The translations under genes were made by a program, and so were the position numbers. Below are positions 9,443-18,147 of a stretch of 64,000 nt of DNA, in pieces (positions within the stretch are counted from its first letter, which is position 1; each line of letters starts with the position of its first letter). The notes under the pieces are model-generated. The model did not search any database and had not been told where the DNA came from. It worked only from the letters and a program-made list of their open reading frames with translations. Source of the stretch: Thermoanaerobaculia bacterium (GTDB taxonomy: Bacteria > Acidobacteriota > Thermoanaerobaculia > UBA5066 > Gp7-AA6); contig DASXPB010000039.1 of the NCBI GenBank assembly GCA_036493875.1, positions 25,313 through 89,312 on the forward strand. Reading direction: 5' to 3'.

Positions 9443-9585
9443 GATCGGGCCGGAATCGGCTCCGGCCCCATCTCCCGCCATCCGAGGGACTTACGCCGCG
9501 GATGAGATCGGAGGCGGCAAGCGGACTGTCGTCGCGATGCGACAGTTCGACCGCTCGCGATGTCGAAGCGGGTCGGAGTCTGCCG

Positions 9586-9828
9586 TTATCGCTGCCGGGG
9601 AGTCGCCGTGGGGACTGGAGTCTCCAACGCGGCGACGGGCGTGATAGGCGCCGGCGTCGGCGTGATTCCGCGAATCTCGCCCTCGTCCACCTCGCCCTCG
9701 ATCGGCGGATGGTCTCCGGTGACCACGAAGCTTCCGTTTCCATTGTCCAGTACGACGGATCCGTTGCTGCCGCTGCAGCCACCGGCCGCGACGAGCAGGA
9801 GGAGGAGGGCCCCGTTGCGCGATGCCAT
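9586..9828 (-). CDS. Small putative lipoprotein
   Basis: MASRNGALLLLLVAAGGCSGS has a lipobox-like AGGC. The longer 168-aa version of this ORF overlaps the dienelactone hydrolase gene and was rejected. Confidence 0.4.
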   Translation of the reverse strand: MASRNGALLLLLVAAGGCSGSNGSVVLDNGNGSFVVTGDHPPIEGEVDEGEIRGITPTPAPITPVAALETPVPTATPRQR

Positions 9829-9925
9829 GTTGTCGAACGACTTGTACTCCTCGTGGGATCCGCTGTCCAGTGTCCGGTGTCCGCCGTTCGGCCGGTAGAA
9901 TCTCGCCGCAGCGAAAGAGGTCCTC

Positions 9926-10744
9926 ATGCTCTCCGGTGTCCTGTTCGGCGCAGCTCTTCTGGTCCAATCGGCTCCGGCGCCGGCCGACATTCCCCCGTCC
10001 GAGAACACGGCTAAGGCGGCGCTCGAGAAGTCGCCGCGCCACGGCGAGTACGTCGACGTGAAGCAGCCGGGCGGAGGCGTTCCGATCCGCACGTGGATCT
10101 CTTACCCCGAGCGCAAGGACAAGGCCGGCGTCGTCATCGTCATCCAGGAGGTCTTCGGCCTCTCCGACTGGCTCCGAAGCGTCGCGGACCAGCTCGCGAA
10201 GGACGGCTTCATCGCCGTCGCGCCCGACATGGTCTCGGGCCTGGGACCCAACGGCGGCGGGACCGACTCCGTCGCCAGCAAGGACGACGTCGTCAAGCTC
10301 GTGCGCGGCATCACTCCCGAGGAGGCCAGGAAGCGCCTGAACGCGGTGCGCGAGTGGGCGCTCACGATCCCGGCGGGCAACGGCAAGATCGGGACGGTCG
10401 GCTTCTGCTGGGGCGGCACGCAGAGCTTCGCCTACGCGGTCGCGCAGCCGACGCTCGCCGGAGCCGTCGTCTACTACGGAACCTCGCCTGAGAACCCGGA
10501 CCTCGCGTCCATCAAGGCCCCGGTGCTGGGCTTCTACGGCGGCGACGACGCGCGCGTCGACGCGACCGTGCCCCCGGCCGAGGCGGAGATGAAGAAGCTC
10601 GGCAAGTCCTACGAGACCCACACCTGCGACGGCGCGGGTCACGGGTTCCTGCGCGATCAGGAGGGGCGCGACGGCGCGAACCTCAAGGCGTCGAAAGACG
10701 CGTGGCCGCGCACGATCGCGTTCTTCAAGGAGCGGCTCCGCTAG
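9926..10744 (+). CDS. Dienelactone hydrolase family protein (secreted)
   Basis: Signal peptide followed by VVIVIQEVFGLSDW, FIAVAPDM, GFCWGG (nucleophile elbow) and a C-terminal CDGAGHGF. Confidence 0.9.
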   Translation: MLSGVLFGAALLVQSAPAPADIPPSENTAKAALEKSPRHGEYVDVKQPGGGVPIRTWISYPERKDKAGVVIVIQEVFGLSDWLRSVADQLAKDGFIAVAPDMVSGLGPNGGGTDSVASKDDVVKLVRGITPEEARKRLNAVREWALTIPAGNGKIGTVGFCWGGTQSFAYAVAQPTLAGAVVYYGTSPENPDLASIKAPVLGFYGGDDARVDATVPPAEAEMKKLGKSYETHTCDGAGHGFLRDQEGRDGANLKASKDAWPRTIAFFKERLR

Positions 10745-10750
10745 GGACTC

Positions 10751-13123
10751 CTAGAACGGCGTCGCGGGCGGCGAGGAGTCGCGCTGGGATTCGCGCTCCG
10801 GCGTCTTCGAACGGTCGCCCAGGAATCGCTGCAGGATGTCGCCGGGCGAGGGCAGGCCGCCCATTCCCGGCATCGGGAATCCTCCGCCTCCTGGCATCGG
10901 GAAACCGCCGCTCCCGCCTCCCGGCATCGGACCGCCCGGCATCGGAAGCGTCCCGCTCCCGATGGCTTCGCCGAGGACCTTCCACCAGCCGCCGAGGCGA
11001 TCTCCGGCGAGCCGCGCCGCGAGCCGCCGTCCGAGATCCATGAGGACGGAGGTGTCGACCGTGACCTTCGGATCCATGATCGTGCCGCTCACCTGGAACG
11101 GCAGCACCACGCGGCCCCGCGCGTCCGCGATGTAGCGGCCCGCGGTGCCGAAACTCTCGACGAGCGAGGGCTGGAGCACAACGCGCCCACGGTACGCGAG
11201 AGTCTTGTCGAGGCCGAGCGAGCCCGCGGCCTCGACCGTGGCGTCGCGGCCGGAGAGCGTCAGATCAGGCGTCGCGAGGGCGCCTTCGGCGAGGCGCAGC
11301 GAGGTGTCCAGCTTCTCGAACGTCGTGGACTGGAGGCTCGGCGGCGCCAGGAGCCCCGCCGTGTACTTCGCGATCGCGGCGAGGGCGCGACCGACCTCGG
11401 GCTTGATGTGCACCGTGTAGAGGTTCGGACCGGTCACGGCGATGTGTCCCTGTCCGCTCGCGGTGCTCCGGATCGCGTCCCAGGAGAGGCCGCGGCTCAC
11501 CAGCGACAGACGGCCCGTGAGGATCCCGGCGAACGCCGAATGGGTCGTCGTCGCCGCCTCGACGAGCGCGTCGCCGTGGACGCCGTCGAGCTCGAGCGTC
11601 GCGCGCGACACCGGCTCCGGCTTGCCGATCTCGGATTCGAGCCGGGCCGCGATGCGGCCGCCGTAGACGTCGGCAGAGGGCGCCACCACGAGGCTCCCCT
11701 TCGCCGCGTCCCAGGACCAGTCGGCGCGCAGGTTCTGGAAATGCAGCCTCCGGAGCTCGCCGGAGGAGATCGACAGCCTGCCCGCGCGCGGGCCATCGCC
11801 CTTCGACTCGAGCGTCGCAGTCGCCGAGGGCGCGGCGAGCAGAGGCCCGTCGTCTCCGTCTCGGCTGAGGCCGAGCGGCGCCGCCGACGCGGACCCGTGG
11901 ACGGCGAGACCGTCGGCGGGACCGCGGAGCGAGGCGGCCAGACGGACGCGCCCGGACAGCCGCAGGCCGGGAGGAAGGGCGGACGCGACCGCAGGCAGCG
12001 CGGTCACGCGGTCGATCGGAACCTCCTCCCGCGTCGCCAGCGCGAGATCGAGCCGCGGCTTGCCGCGCAGCCCCTGGATGCGGCCCTCGACCACGAGCGG
12101 AAGCTTCGCGATGGAGACCGCCGACCGCTCGAGCGTCAGGGTCCAGTGCGGACGGTCGAGGACTCCGCGGAAGCGTCCGTCGATCTCCGGCACGCGTGAA
12201 CGGGAGCCTCGGCGGGGCACGAGCTTTACGCTCCCCGCGATTTTCAGCGAACCGGCGAGCGGCCCGCTGACGTTCGTGTCGAGCGTGAGGACGCCCGGAT
12301 CCTCCGGCCTGGAACCAAGGTAGCGGCCTAGCCGGCCGAGCGCCAGGCCCCTCGCGGACAACGAAGCGTCGATCGGCATCTCTGCGATCGGCCGGCCGGG
12401 CACGAGCGGACCGAACGTTCCCTTGAGAAGAACGTTGCGATCGCCGTCGGCGAGCAAGCGTCCCGAGAGCTCGACCGAAGTCGGCGTGAACCGGGAGATT
12501 CCCGCGACGCGGCCCTCGACCGCGTCGAACGTCGTCGTCGCCGTCTCACCCAGCGCGACGTGGCGATCCACCAGCCGGAGCCGTCCGCGTGTGACCTCGA
12601 CTTCGGCGACGCGGATCGGCGCGGCCTCGGCGGCGGGATCACTTTCTCCGCGCCCGCCGGACCCCGTCGCCGGGGCGAGATCGTCGAGGTTGAGAGTCCC
12701 TCTCGGGTCGCGCTCGATCGTCAGCGTGGCGCCGTCCAGGACGACCCGCCGGACCTCGATGCGGCGCGAGAGCAGGGGCCAGAACGCGAGCTTGACGGAG
12801 ACGCGCTCGGCCTCGAGAAGCTTCGGCGTCTCCCAGCCTGGACCGTTGCGGACGACGACTCCCTCGGCGCCGGCCCCGAGGGCCGGGAAGATCTGCAGGC
12901 GGATCGATCGGGCCTCGACCTTCCGGTGGAGCGCCAACTCGGCGGCGGCGACGAGACGCGCGCGCACCGAGTCGAAGGACAGGAGTCGCGGAAGAGCGGC
13001 GATCACCGCGAGGAGGAGCCCGACGAGGATCGCCAGGGCCAGGAGGATTCGACGGGCAACGTGGAACACCGGGAACTCCGTGAAAAGGGTCCAAATGTAC
13101 GAAACGGCCGCATCATGCCACAC
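10751..13123 (-). CDS. AsmA family protein (long paralog) with a Met/Pro/Gly-rich C-terminal tail
   Basis: N-terminal anchor plus AsmA N-domain (SFDSVRARLVAAAELALHRKVEARSIRLQIFP...VKLAFWPLLSRRIEVRRVVLDGATLTIERD). The tail reads PMPGGPMPGGGSGGFPMPGGGGFPMPGMGG. Confidence 0.85.
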   Translation of the reverse strand: MWHDAAVSYIWTLFTEFPVFHVARRILLALAILVGLLLAVIAALPRLLSFDSVRARLVAAAELALHRKVEARSIRLQIFPALGAGAEGVVVRNGPGWETPKLLEAERVSVKLAFWPLLSRRIEVRRVVLDGATLTIERDPRGTLNLDDLAPATGSGGRGESDPAAEAAPIRVAEVEVTRGRLRLVDRHVALGETATTTFDAVEGRVAGISRFTPTSVELSGRLLADGDRNVLLKGTFGPLVPGRPIAEMPIDASLSARGLALGRLGRYLGSRPEDPGVLTLDTNVSGPLAGSLKIAGSVKLVPRRGSRSRVPEIDGRFRGVLDRPHWTLTLERSAVSIAKLPLVVEGRIQGLRGKPRLDLALATREEVPIDRVTALPAVASALPPGLRLSGRVRLAASLRGPADGLAVHGSASAAPLGLSRDGDDGPLLAAPSATATLESKGDGPRAGRLSISSGELRRLHFQNLRADWSWDAAKGSLVVAPSADVYGGRIAARLESEIGKPEPVSRATLELDGVHGDALVEAATTTHSAFAGILTGRLSLVSRGLSWDAIRSTASGQGHIAVTGPNLYTVHIKPEVGRALAAIAKYTAGLLAPPSLQSTTFEKLDTSLRLAEGALATPDLTLSGRDATVEAAGSLGLDKTLAYRGRVVLQPSLVESFGTAGRYIADARGRVVLPFQVSGTIMDPKVTVDTSVLMDLGRRLAARLAGDRLGGWWKVLGEAIGSGTLPMPGGPMPGGGSGGFPMPGGGGFPMPGMGGLPSPGDILQRFLGDRSKTPERESQRDSSPPATPF

Positions 13124-13150
13124 TCGAGCCGCCGATGCCGGGCGGTTCGG

Positions 13151-14803
13151 CTAGCGGCTTGCGGGCCCGGACGCGGGAGACGCCGGGGAGGAACCGACCG
13201 GCGTCAGGAAATCCTGAAGCAGCCTCGTCAACGCGTCGACGAGGACCTGACCGCGCGCCTCGGAGAGATCCGCGGAAACCGGCGGCGCGGCGGCGTCCGC
13301 GCGCGACAGAGTCAGGACTCCCTTCTCGAGCGACCAGTCGGCGAGCAGGCCCTGAAACGCCGCACCCTTCAGCTTGCCGGCGGGAATGGAGAGGCGGCCG
13401 GTGCTCGGCGCCCCGACGCGCGACTCGAGCGTCACCGTCGCTGTGGGAGCGGCGAGGATCGACTGGCCTCCCTGGCTCACCTCGAGCGGCACCGCGGCGA
13501 GCGAGGCGTGCCGCGTCCGATCCTCCATGGATCCCGCCACCTCCGCGGTCAGGCGCACGCGGCCGGAGATCTTGAAGTCCGCGGGAAGAGTGCCCGCCGC
13601 ATCGGGAAGTCCCGACACGCCGTCGATCGCGACTTCGCCCGGAGTCGCGAGCTTCCAATCGACGCGCGGCGCCTTGCGCAGGCCGTCGACGCGGCCCTGC
13701 ACCATGAGTGGAATCCTCGCGATCGTGATCGGCGACTGCTCGAGCGTCAGCGCCCCGTGCGGCCAGTCGAGGACCCCCGTGAGCTGGCCATCGAGCGCGG
13801 GGAGCGGCCCGCCGCCTTCTCGCGGCACGAGCGTCAGGTTGCCAGCCAGCTTGAGCGCGCCGAGGAAGGCGCCGTTCGCCGTCGCGTCCAGCGAGAGCAC
13901 CCCCGGGTCGGCCTCCTGCTTCGCGCCCAGGTAGGAACCGAGCTTCGCGAGCGCCAGGCTCTTCGCCGACAGCGACGCCGCGAGGACCGACTCACCCAGC
14001 GGCCGTCCCGGCTTCGGCGGGCCGAACGTTCCCTTGAGCGTGACGTTGGGCGGCCCGTCGGCGAGCAGGCGCCCGTCGAAGTCGAAGCGCGCGGGCGAGG
14101 AGGCGGAGATCCCGAGGATCGCGCCCTCGATCGCGTCGAGCGTCGTCGTCACGGTCTCGCCCGGAACCCGCTTGCGGTCGACGATCTGAAGGCGGCCCCG
14201 CGTGATCTCGACGTTCGAGATCAGGGTCGCCGCGGACGTCGCGGGCTGCGCCCCCTTGCTCGGCCGTACGCTCGCCGCGAGGAAGTCGGCGACGTTCAGC
14301 GCTCCCTTCGGGTCGCGCTCCACGGTCAGACTGGCGCCTTCCAGGACGACCTTGCGCACGTCCGCGCGGCGGGCGAGCAAGGGCCAGAAGGCGAGCCGGA
14401 TCGAGACGTGATCCGCGGAGAAGAGCGTGGGAGTCGCGAAGCCAGGACGGTTGAGCACGGTCACGTTGTCGACGCCCGCTCCGAGCGGGAAGATCCGGAG
14501 CCGGATCCGTCCGGCCGCGACCTTGCGGTGGAGGGCCGATTCGGCCGCCGCGAGCACCCGGCCGCGCACGGCTTCGAACGAGACGACGAACGGCAGCGCG
14601 ACAATGAGCAGGATCAGGAGAGCGGCGAAAACCGCAGCGACGATCGCCAGGATGCGCAGCACGCGGCGGGCATTGGGAGACTTCCCGTCGGGGGACTTCG
14701 CTTCCGGGACTTCAATCTCCGGGACTTCACCGTCGCGGAGCTCCAGGTCGCGGACCTCACGCTCCCGGGTGACTTCGTCGAACGGAGGCTTGTAGTCGTT
14801 CAT
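13151..14803 (-). CDS. AsmA family protein (short paralog)
   Basis: Start at ATG 14803 (MNDYKPPF...). The N-domain is colinear with the neighbouring paralog (SFEAVRGRVLAAAESALHRKVAAGRIRLRIFP...IRLAFWPLLARRADVRKVVLEGASLTVERD). The 1049-aa track ORF is an upstream read-through and was rejected. Confidence 0.85.
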   Translation of the reverse strand: MNDYKPPFDEVTREREVRDLELRDGEVPEIEVPEAKSPDGKSPNARRVLRILAIVAAVFAALLILLIVALPFVVSFEAVRGRVLAAAESALHRKVAAGRIRLRIFPLGAGVDNVTVLNRPGFATPTLFSADHVSIRLAFWPLLARRADVRKVVLEGASLTVERDPKGALNVADFLAASVRPSKGAQPATSAATLISNVEITRGRLQIVDRKRVPGETVTTTLDAIEGAILGISASSPARFDFDGRLLADGPPNVTLKGTFGPPKPGRPLGESVLAASLSAKSLALAKLGSYLGAKQEADPGVLSLDATANGAFLGALKLAGNLTLVPREGGGPLPALDGQLTGVLDWPHGALTLEQSPITIARIPLMVQGRVDGLRKAPRVDWKLATPGEVAIDGVSGLPDAAGTLPADFKISGRVRLTAEVAGSMEDRTRHASLAAVPLEVSQGGQSILAAPTATVTLESRVGAPSTGRLSIPAGKLKGAAFQGLLADWSLEKGVLTLSRADAAAPPVSADLSEARGQVLVDALTRLLQDFLTPVGSSPASPASGPASR

Positions 14804-15663
14804 CCCTTCCAGACCCCGGCGGTCTCGGCCGCGAACGCCTCGAACGCGCGCGGGGCATGGCCGAGGACTCCGCCGATGTTCTCGAAGTCCGACGGCTTGG
14901 ACCGCAGGCCGTGTTTTCCGAACTGCTCGTACATCATTCGGATGTCGTACACCAGCCAGTCGGGCAGCATCTGCGCCGCCTGCGTCTCCCAACCGTCGAG
15001 GTCGTTGCCGCCGTACTGGACCGGCTTGCCGAGGGCGCGCGACCAGACCTCCGCGGCGGCCTTCCCCGTGTAGTCCGTCGGTCCGACGACCGGGATCGTC
15101 TGGCCCTCGACGCCGCTCGTGGTCAGCGCGATCGCGGCCGCCTCTCCGACGTCGCGCACGTCGACGCGCGAGCAGCCAACGTCTCCGAGCGGCTGCGGAT
15201 ACACGCCGTAGCCGAGCAACGCGTCCTTGAGCCAGTAGTCGTTCTGGAAGTAATGGCTCGGCCGGAGGATCGTCCACACGAGCCCGGAGGCCTTGAGCGC
15301 CGCCTCGATTCCGACCTTGCTTCCGAAGTGCGGAAGGTGCGGCGCGTCGTCCAGGCGAAACACGGAGAGATACACGATCTTCTTGACCCCCGCGTCGCGC
15401 GCGCCGTTGATCGCGAGGAGGCCCTGGTGGGACTCGGTCTCGGAGACGGCGTTCAGGAGGAACACGCCGTCCATCCCGTCGAACGCGGAACGAATGGTCG
15501 CGGGACTCATGAGATTTCCCTGGATCACGCGCGTCCCCTTGGGAAGGTCCCGGGCCTTCGCCGGATCGCGCGTGAGGATCGCGACCTCCGCCCCGCGCCC
15601 GGCGAGCTCGCGCACCACGTGGGAGCCGACGGTCCCGGTGCCGCCCAGAACGAGAATTTTCAT
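14800..15663 (-). CDS. NmrA-family NAD(P)-binding protein
   Basis: MKILVLGGTGTVGSHVV Rossmann motif, with AGGAGG 5 nt upstream of ATG 15663. Its stop overlaps the AsmA start (ATGA). Confidence 0.9.
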   Translation of the reverse strand: MKILVLGGTGTVGSHVVRELAGRGAEVAILTRDPAKARDLPKGTRVIQGNLMSPATIRSAFDGMDGVFLLNAVSETESHQGLLAINGARDAGVKKIVYLSVFRLDDAPHLPHFGSKVGIEAALKASGLVWTILRPSHYFQNDYWLKDALLGYGVYPQPLGDVGCSRVDVRDVGEAAAIALTTSGVEGQTIPVVGPTDYTGKAAAEVWSRALGKPVQYGGNDLDGWETQAAQMLPDWLVYDIRMMYEQFGKHGLRSKPSDFENIGGVLGHAPRAFEAFAAETAGVWKG

Positions 15664-15709
15664 GGGGGACCTCCTCTGCAAGCCGGATCTTATCGGCAGG
15701 CGATAGGAT

Positions 15710-16438
15710 TTGGACTCCATGTCGGCGCCCCGCGTCGCACTCGTCACCGGCGGCACCCGAGGAATCGGCGCGGCAATCGCGCGCCGGCTCGCCGGGGATG
15801 GATTCGCGGTCTTCATCTCGGGAAGCTCCGAGGAGTCGACGCGCGAGGCCGTGGCGCGGTTCGCGAAGGAGAAGCGGCCCGTCGCGATCCGAGGCTTCGC
15901 CGCCGACGCGAGAAAAGAGGCCGACCAGAAGCGCCTGGTCGAATCCACCGCGCGCGAGGGCGGGCGGCTCGACGTGCTGGTCAACAACGCCGGGCTGGGT
16001 CACTTCGGCCCGGTCGACGAGCTCACGCCCGAGCAATTTCGCGAGGTCCTGGAGACCAACCTCTTCGGCGTGTACTACGCGGTGCACTACGCGGCGCCGT
16101 TCATGAAGAAGAACGGCGGCGGGTTCATCGTCAACATCGCCTCCCTCGCGGCGGTCAATCCGTTCGCGGGCGGCTCGGCCTACAACGCATCGAAGTTCGG
16201 CCTGCTGGGCTTCTCCGAGGCGGCGATGCTCGACCTGCGCCACTCCGGAATCCGGATGGCGTCGGTCCTGCCGGGCTCGGTCGACACCGAGTTCGGCCAT
16301 CCGAGCGCGAACCGCGAGGCCTCGTGGATGCTGCAGCCCGAAGACGTCGCCGAGGCCGTCGCGGATCTCGTGCGCTACCCCGAGCGTGCGATCCCGTCGC
16401 GCATCGACCTGAGGCCCGCGAAGCCGCCCAAGAAGTGA
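15710..16438 (+). CDS. Short-chain dehydrogenase/reductase (SDR)
   Basis: TGGTRGIGAAIA cofactor motif, NNAG, and the catalytic YNASK. Confidence 0.9.
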   Translation: MDSMSAPRVALVTGGTRGIGAAIARRLAGDGFAVFISGSSEESTREAVARFAKEKRPVAIRGFAADARKEADQKRLVESTAREGGRLDVLVNNAGLGHFGPVDELTPEQFREVLETNLFGVYYAVHYAAPFMKKNGGGFIVNIASLAAVNPFAGGSAYNASKFGLLGFSEAAMLDLRHSGIRMASVLPGSVDTEFGHPSANREASWMLQPEDVAEAVADLVRYPERAIPSRIDLRPAKPPKK

Positions 16439-16649
16439 CGAGGCGCCGTACGCGCCTCGTCATCCCGAGCCGCGTGAGCGGCGAGGGATCCCGTGCGACA
16501 ACGAGCGGTCGCCATCGAGTCCGGGTCGGCTCCGATAATCTCGCGACGCTCTGGAAGAAATGACGAGGCGCTGCACGCGCCTCGTCATCCCGAGCCGCGT
16601 GAGCGGCGAGGGATCCCGTGCAAGAACAGATCGGTGGCCATCGAGTCCG
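16436..16649 (+). repeat. Two direct copies (about 88 nt each, 125-bp period) of a composite element: an 11-bp-stem hairpin plus the GTCATCCCGAG...GAGGGATCCCGTG unit
   Basis: 16436-16496 and 16561-16621 are identical except for 2 loop positions, and both continue to a shared GCCATCGAGTCCG. The first copy starts on the SDR stop codon. Confidence 0.8.
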
Positions 16650-16703
16650 ACCTTCCTGATGACCGTGCCAAGGGCGTTATAGTCGGCCGTTCCAGGAGGT
16701 GTC

Positions 16704-17249
16704 ATGGCGATACCGTCGGTTCCGTCGGTTCCTACAGCGCCTCCGCTTCCCGCGCGGAGCGTCCGCGACGAGTTTCTCGGCGTCTACGATGCGGAGCACG
16801 CGCGGACGATGAAGGTTCTCCACGCCTACCCGCAGGAGAAGGCGGATCTCCGGCCGAGCCCCAAGAGCCGGACCGCGCTGGAGCTCGCGTGGATCTTCGT
16901 CATCGAGCAACTCTCAGTCGAGAAGGCGCTGACCACGGGCTTCGACTGGACGAAGCCGATGGCGTTCCCGAAGCCGCCCGACAGCCTCGAGGCGATCCTC
17001 GACGCGTTCCAGAAGGGACACGAGCACATCCGAGGCCTGATCAGCGGGCTGAGAGACGACGAGCTCTCGGAGACCGTCCAGTTTCCGGTCGGCCCGGGCC
17101 GGCTCGCGGACTGGAAGAAAGTCGACTTCCTACGACAGGTGCTCCACGACCAGATCCACCACCGCGGGCAGTTCTCGGTCTACCTGCGCGTGGCCGACGC
17201 CAAGGTCCCCTCGATCTACGGGCCCTCGGGCGACGAGCCGTGGTTCTAG
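16704..17249 (+). CDS. DinB-family protein
   Basis: 181 aa with the spaced-His pattern typical of the DinB four-helix bundle, ending HDQIHHRGQFSVYLR. Confidence 0.85.
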   Translation: MAIPSVPSVPTAPPLPARSVRDEFLGVYDAEHARTMKVLHAYPQEKADLRPSPKSRTALELAWIFVIEQLSVEKALTTGFDWTKPMAFPKPPDSLEAILDAFQKGHEHIRGLISGLRDDELSETVQFPVGPGRLADWKKVDFLRQVLHDQIHHRGQFSVYLRVADAKVPSIYGPSGDEPWF

Positions 17250-17275
17250 AAACGCCGAGGTCGCGCCCGCTTCGC

Positions 17276-17509
17276 CTACTGATCGAGCGTGTCGTCGTCT
17301 TCGTTCGTCTTGCGTGCGGCGTCGTTGCGCGTGCGCTCGGTCAGGATTCCGGAGCTTCCGATCGGGCCGTTCATCGCGCCGATGCCGGCGAAGCCGGTGC
17401 CCCAGTGGATGTCGCCGCCCACCGAGCGGCCGTTGGGATATCCCCGGTAACCGTGCTTGCGGCGCTTCGAGGGGGCGTCCTTCTTCGAGGACGTTTCGGG
17501 TATCGCCAT
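17276..17509 (-). CDS. Small hypothetical protein (77 aa, basic and Gly-rich)
   Basis: AAGGAG lies 6 nt upstream of ATG 17509 (MAIPETSSKKDAPSKRRKHGYRGYPNG...). The longer 136-aa start was rejected. No family recognised. Confidence 0.5.
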   Translation of the reverse strand: MAIPETSSKKDAPSKRRKHGYRGYPNGRSVGGDIHWGTGFAGIGAMNGPIGSSGILTERTRNDAARKTNEDDDTLDQ

Positions 17510-17537
17510 CGTCGGCTCCTTTCCACTCTCCAAACTC

Positions 17538-17553
17538 TGCAAACGGCGGACCG
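17538..17553 (-). promoter_or_regulatory. Weak candidate sigma-54 (-24/-12) element
   Basis: The minus strand reads CGGTCC-GCCGT-TTGCA, 28 nt upstream of ATG 17509. Confidence 0.3.
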
Positions 17554-17573
17554 GTTGCGGAAGTTCCAGCGGA

Positions 17574-18040
17574 CTAAGAGGCGCGGCGGCGAATCTCTCC
17601 CATGTCGACGAACTGAGCATCGAACGCGACGACGCGCCAGCCTTGGGGGGTCTTCCGAACGGAGACGGTGTGGCGAAAGTGCGCATACATCGCGCCGCCG
17701 ATTCCCGTCGTCACGCCGGGCGGATCGAAGTGGACGGTCTGCCTGACGACGAGCCGCTGCTCGCCTTCGGACGTGCGCGAGCGCGACTCGACCTCGTAGC
17801 GGTCCCCCCTCAACGCCTCGATCGCCGCCCCGCCCCGCGTGCCGCGGATCGCGCGCTCCTCGAGCGCGTGCTTGACGGTGGCGGCATCGCCGTAGCGCGC
17901 GGCGGCGATCCGGTCCTCGTGCACCCAGGCCTCGGCGAAGCCCTCGTACGCCTCGAACGCGCGATGGTCGCGATACCAGCCGATCCCGAAGTAGGCCGCG
18001 GCGGCGAACAAGATGACTCCGAGGAGTGCCTTCATGCGCA
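17574..18040 (-). CDS. Membrane-anchored hypothetical protein (NTF2/SnoaL-like fold guess)
   Basis: Start at MRMKALLGVILFAAAAYFGIGWY (18040 or 18034), followed by a soluble domain. The upstream part of the 234-aa track ORF is low-complexity. Confidence 0.55.
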
Positions 18041-18106
18041 TGTCCGATGAAGAGTTAGAAGAGAGTCTTCGTACAGAATAGCCGGAGCCCGCGCGCCGCG
18101 AAACCT

Positions 18107-18122
18107 CGTCCCGCGCGGGACG
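18107..18122. promoter_or_regulatory. Perfect 16-bp palindrome CGTCCCGCGCGGGACG in a divergent promoter region
   Basis: Lies between the minus-strand start at 18040 and the plus-strand ADOP start at 18148. Possible operator. Confidence 0.3.
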
Positions 18123-18147
18123 TACGAGAAGCGAGAAGCGTGCGCTC

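Noticed and set aside
12560-15073. 837-aa plus-strand ORF across both AsmA genes
   Set aside because: It is antisense to two paralogous AsmA genes whose similarity to each other validates the minus-strand frames. Its own translation is Arg/Glu/Asp-rich low complexity.
13151-16300. 1049-aa minus-strand ORF (the track's version of the second AsmA gene)
   Set aside because: Only the C-terminal 550 aa (from ATG 14803) look like a protein. The upstream part runs off-frame through the NmrA gene and antisense to the SDR gene, and is low complexity.
16436-16649. Possible CRISPR array (repeated approx. 60-nt units with a spacer)
   Set aside because: There are only two copies, the 'spacer' is partly homologous between copies, the repeat is much longer than CRISPR repeats, and no cas genes are in the window.
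16460-16705. 81-aa minus-strand ORF in the SDR-DinB intergenic region
   Set aside because: It is encoded entirely by the two repeat copies, so its internal sequence repetition is explained by the DNA repeat. It has no RBS.
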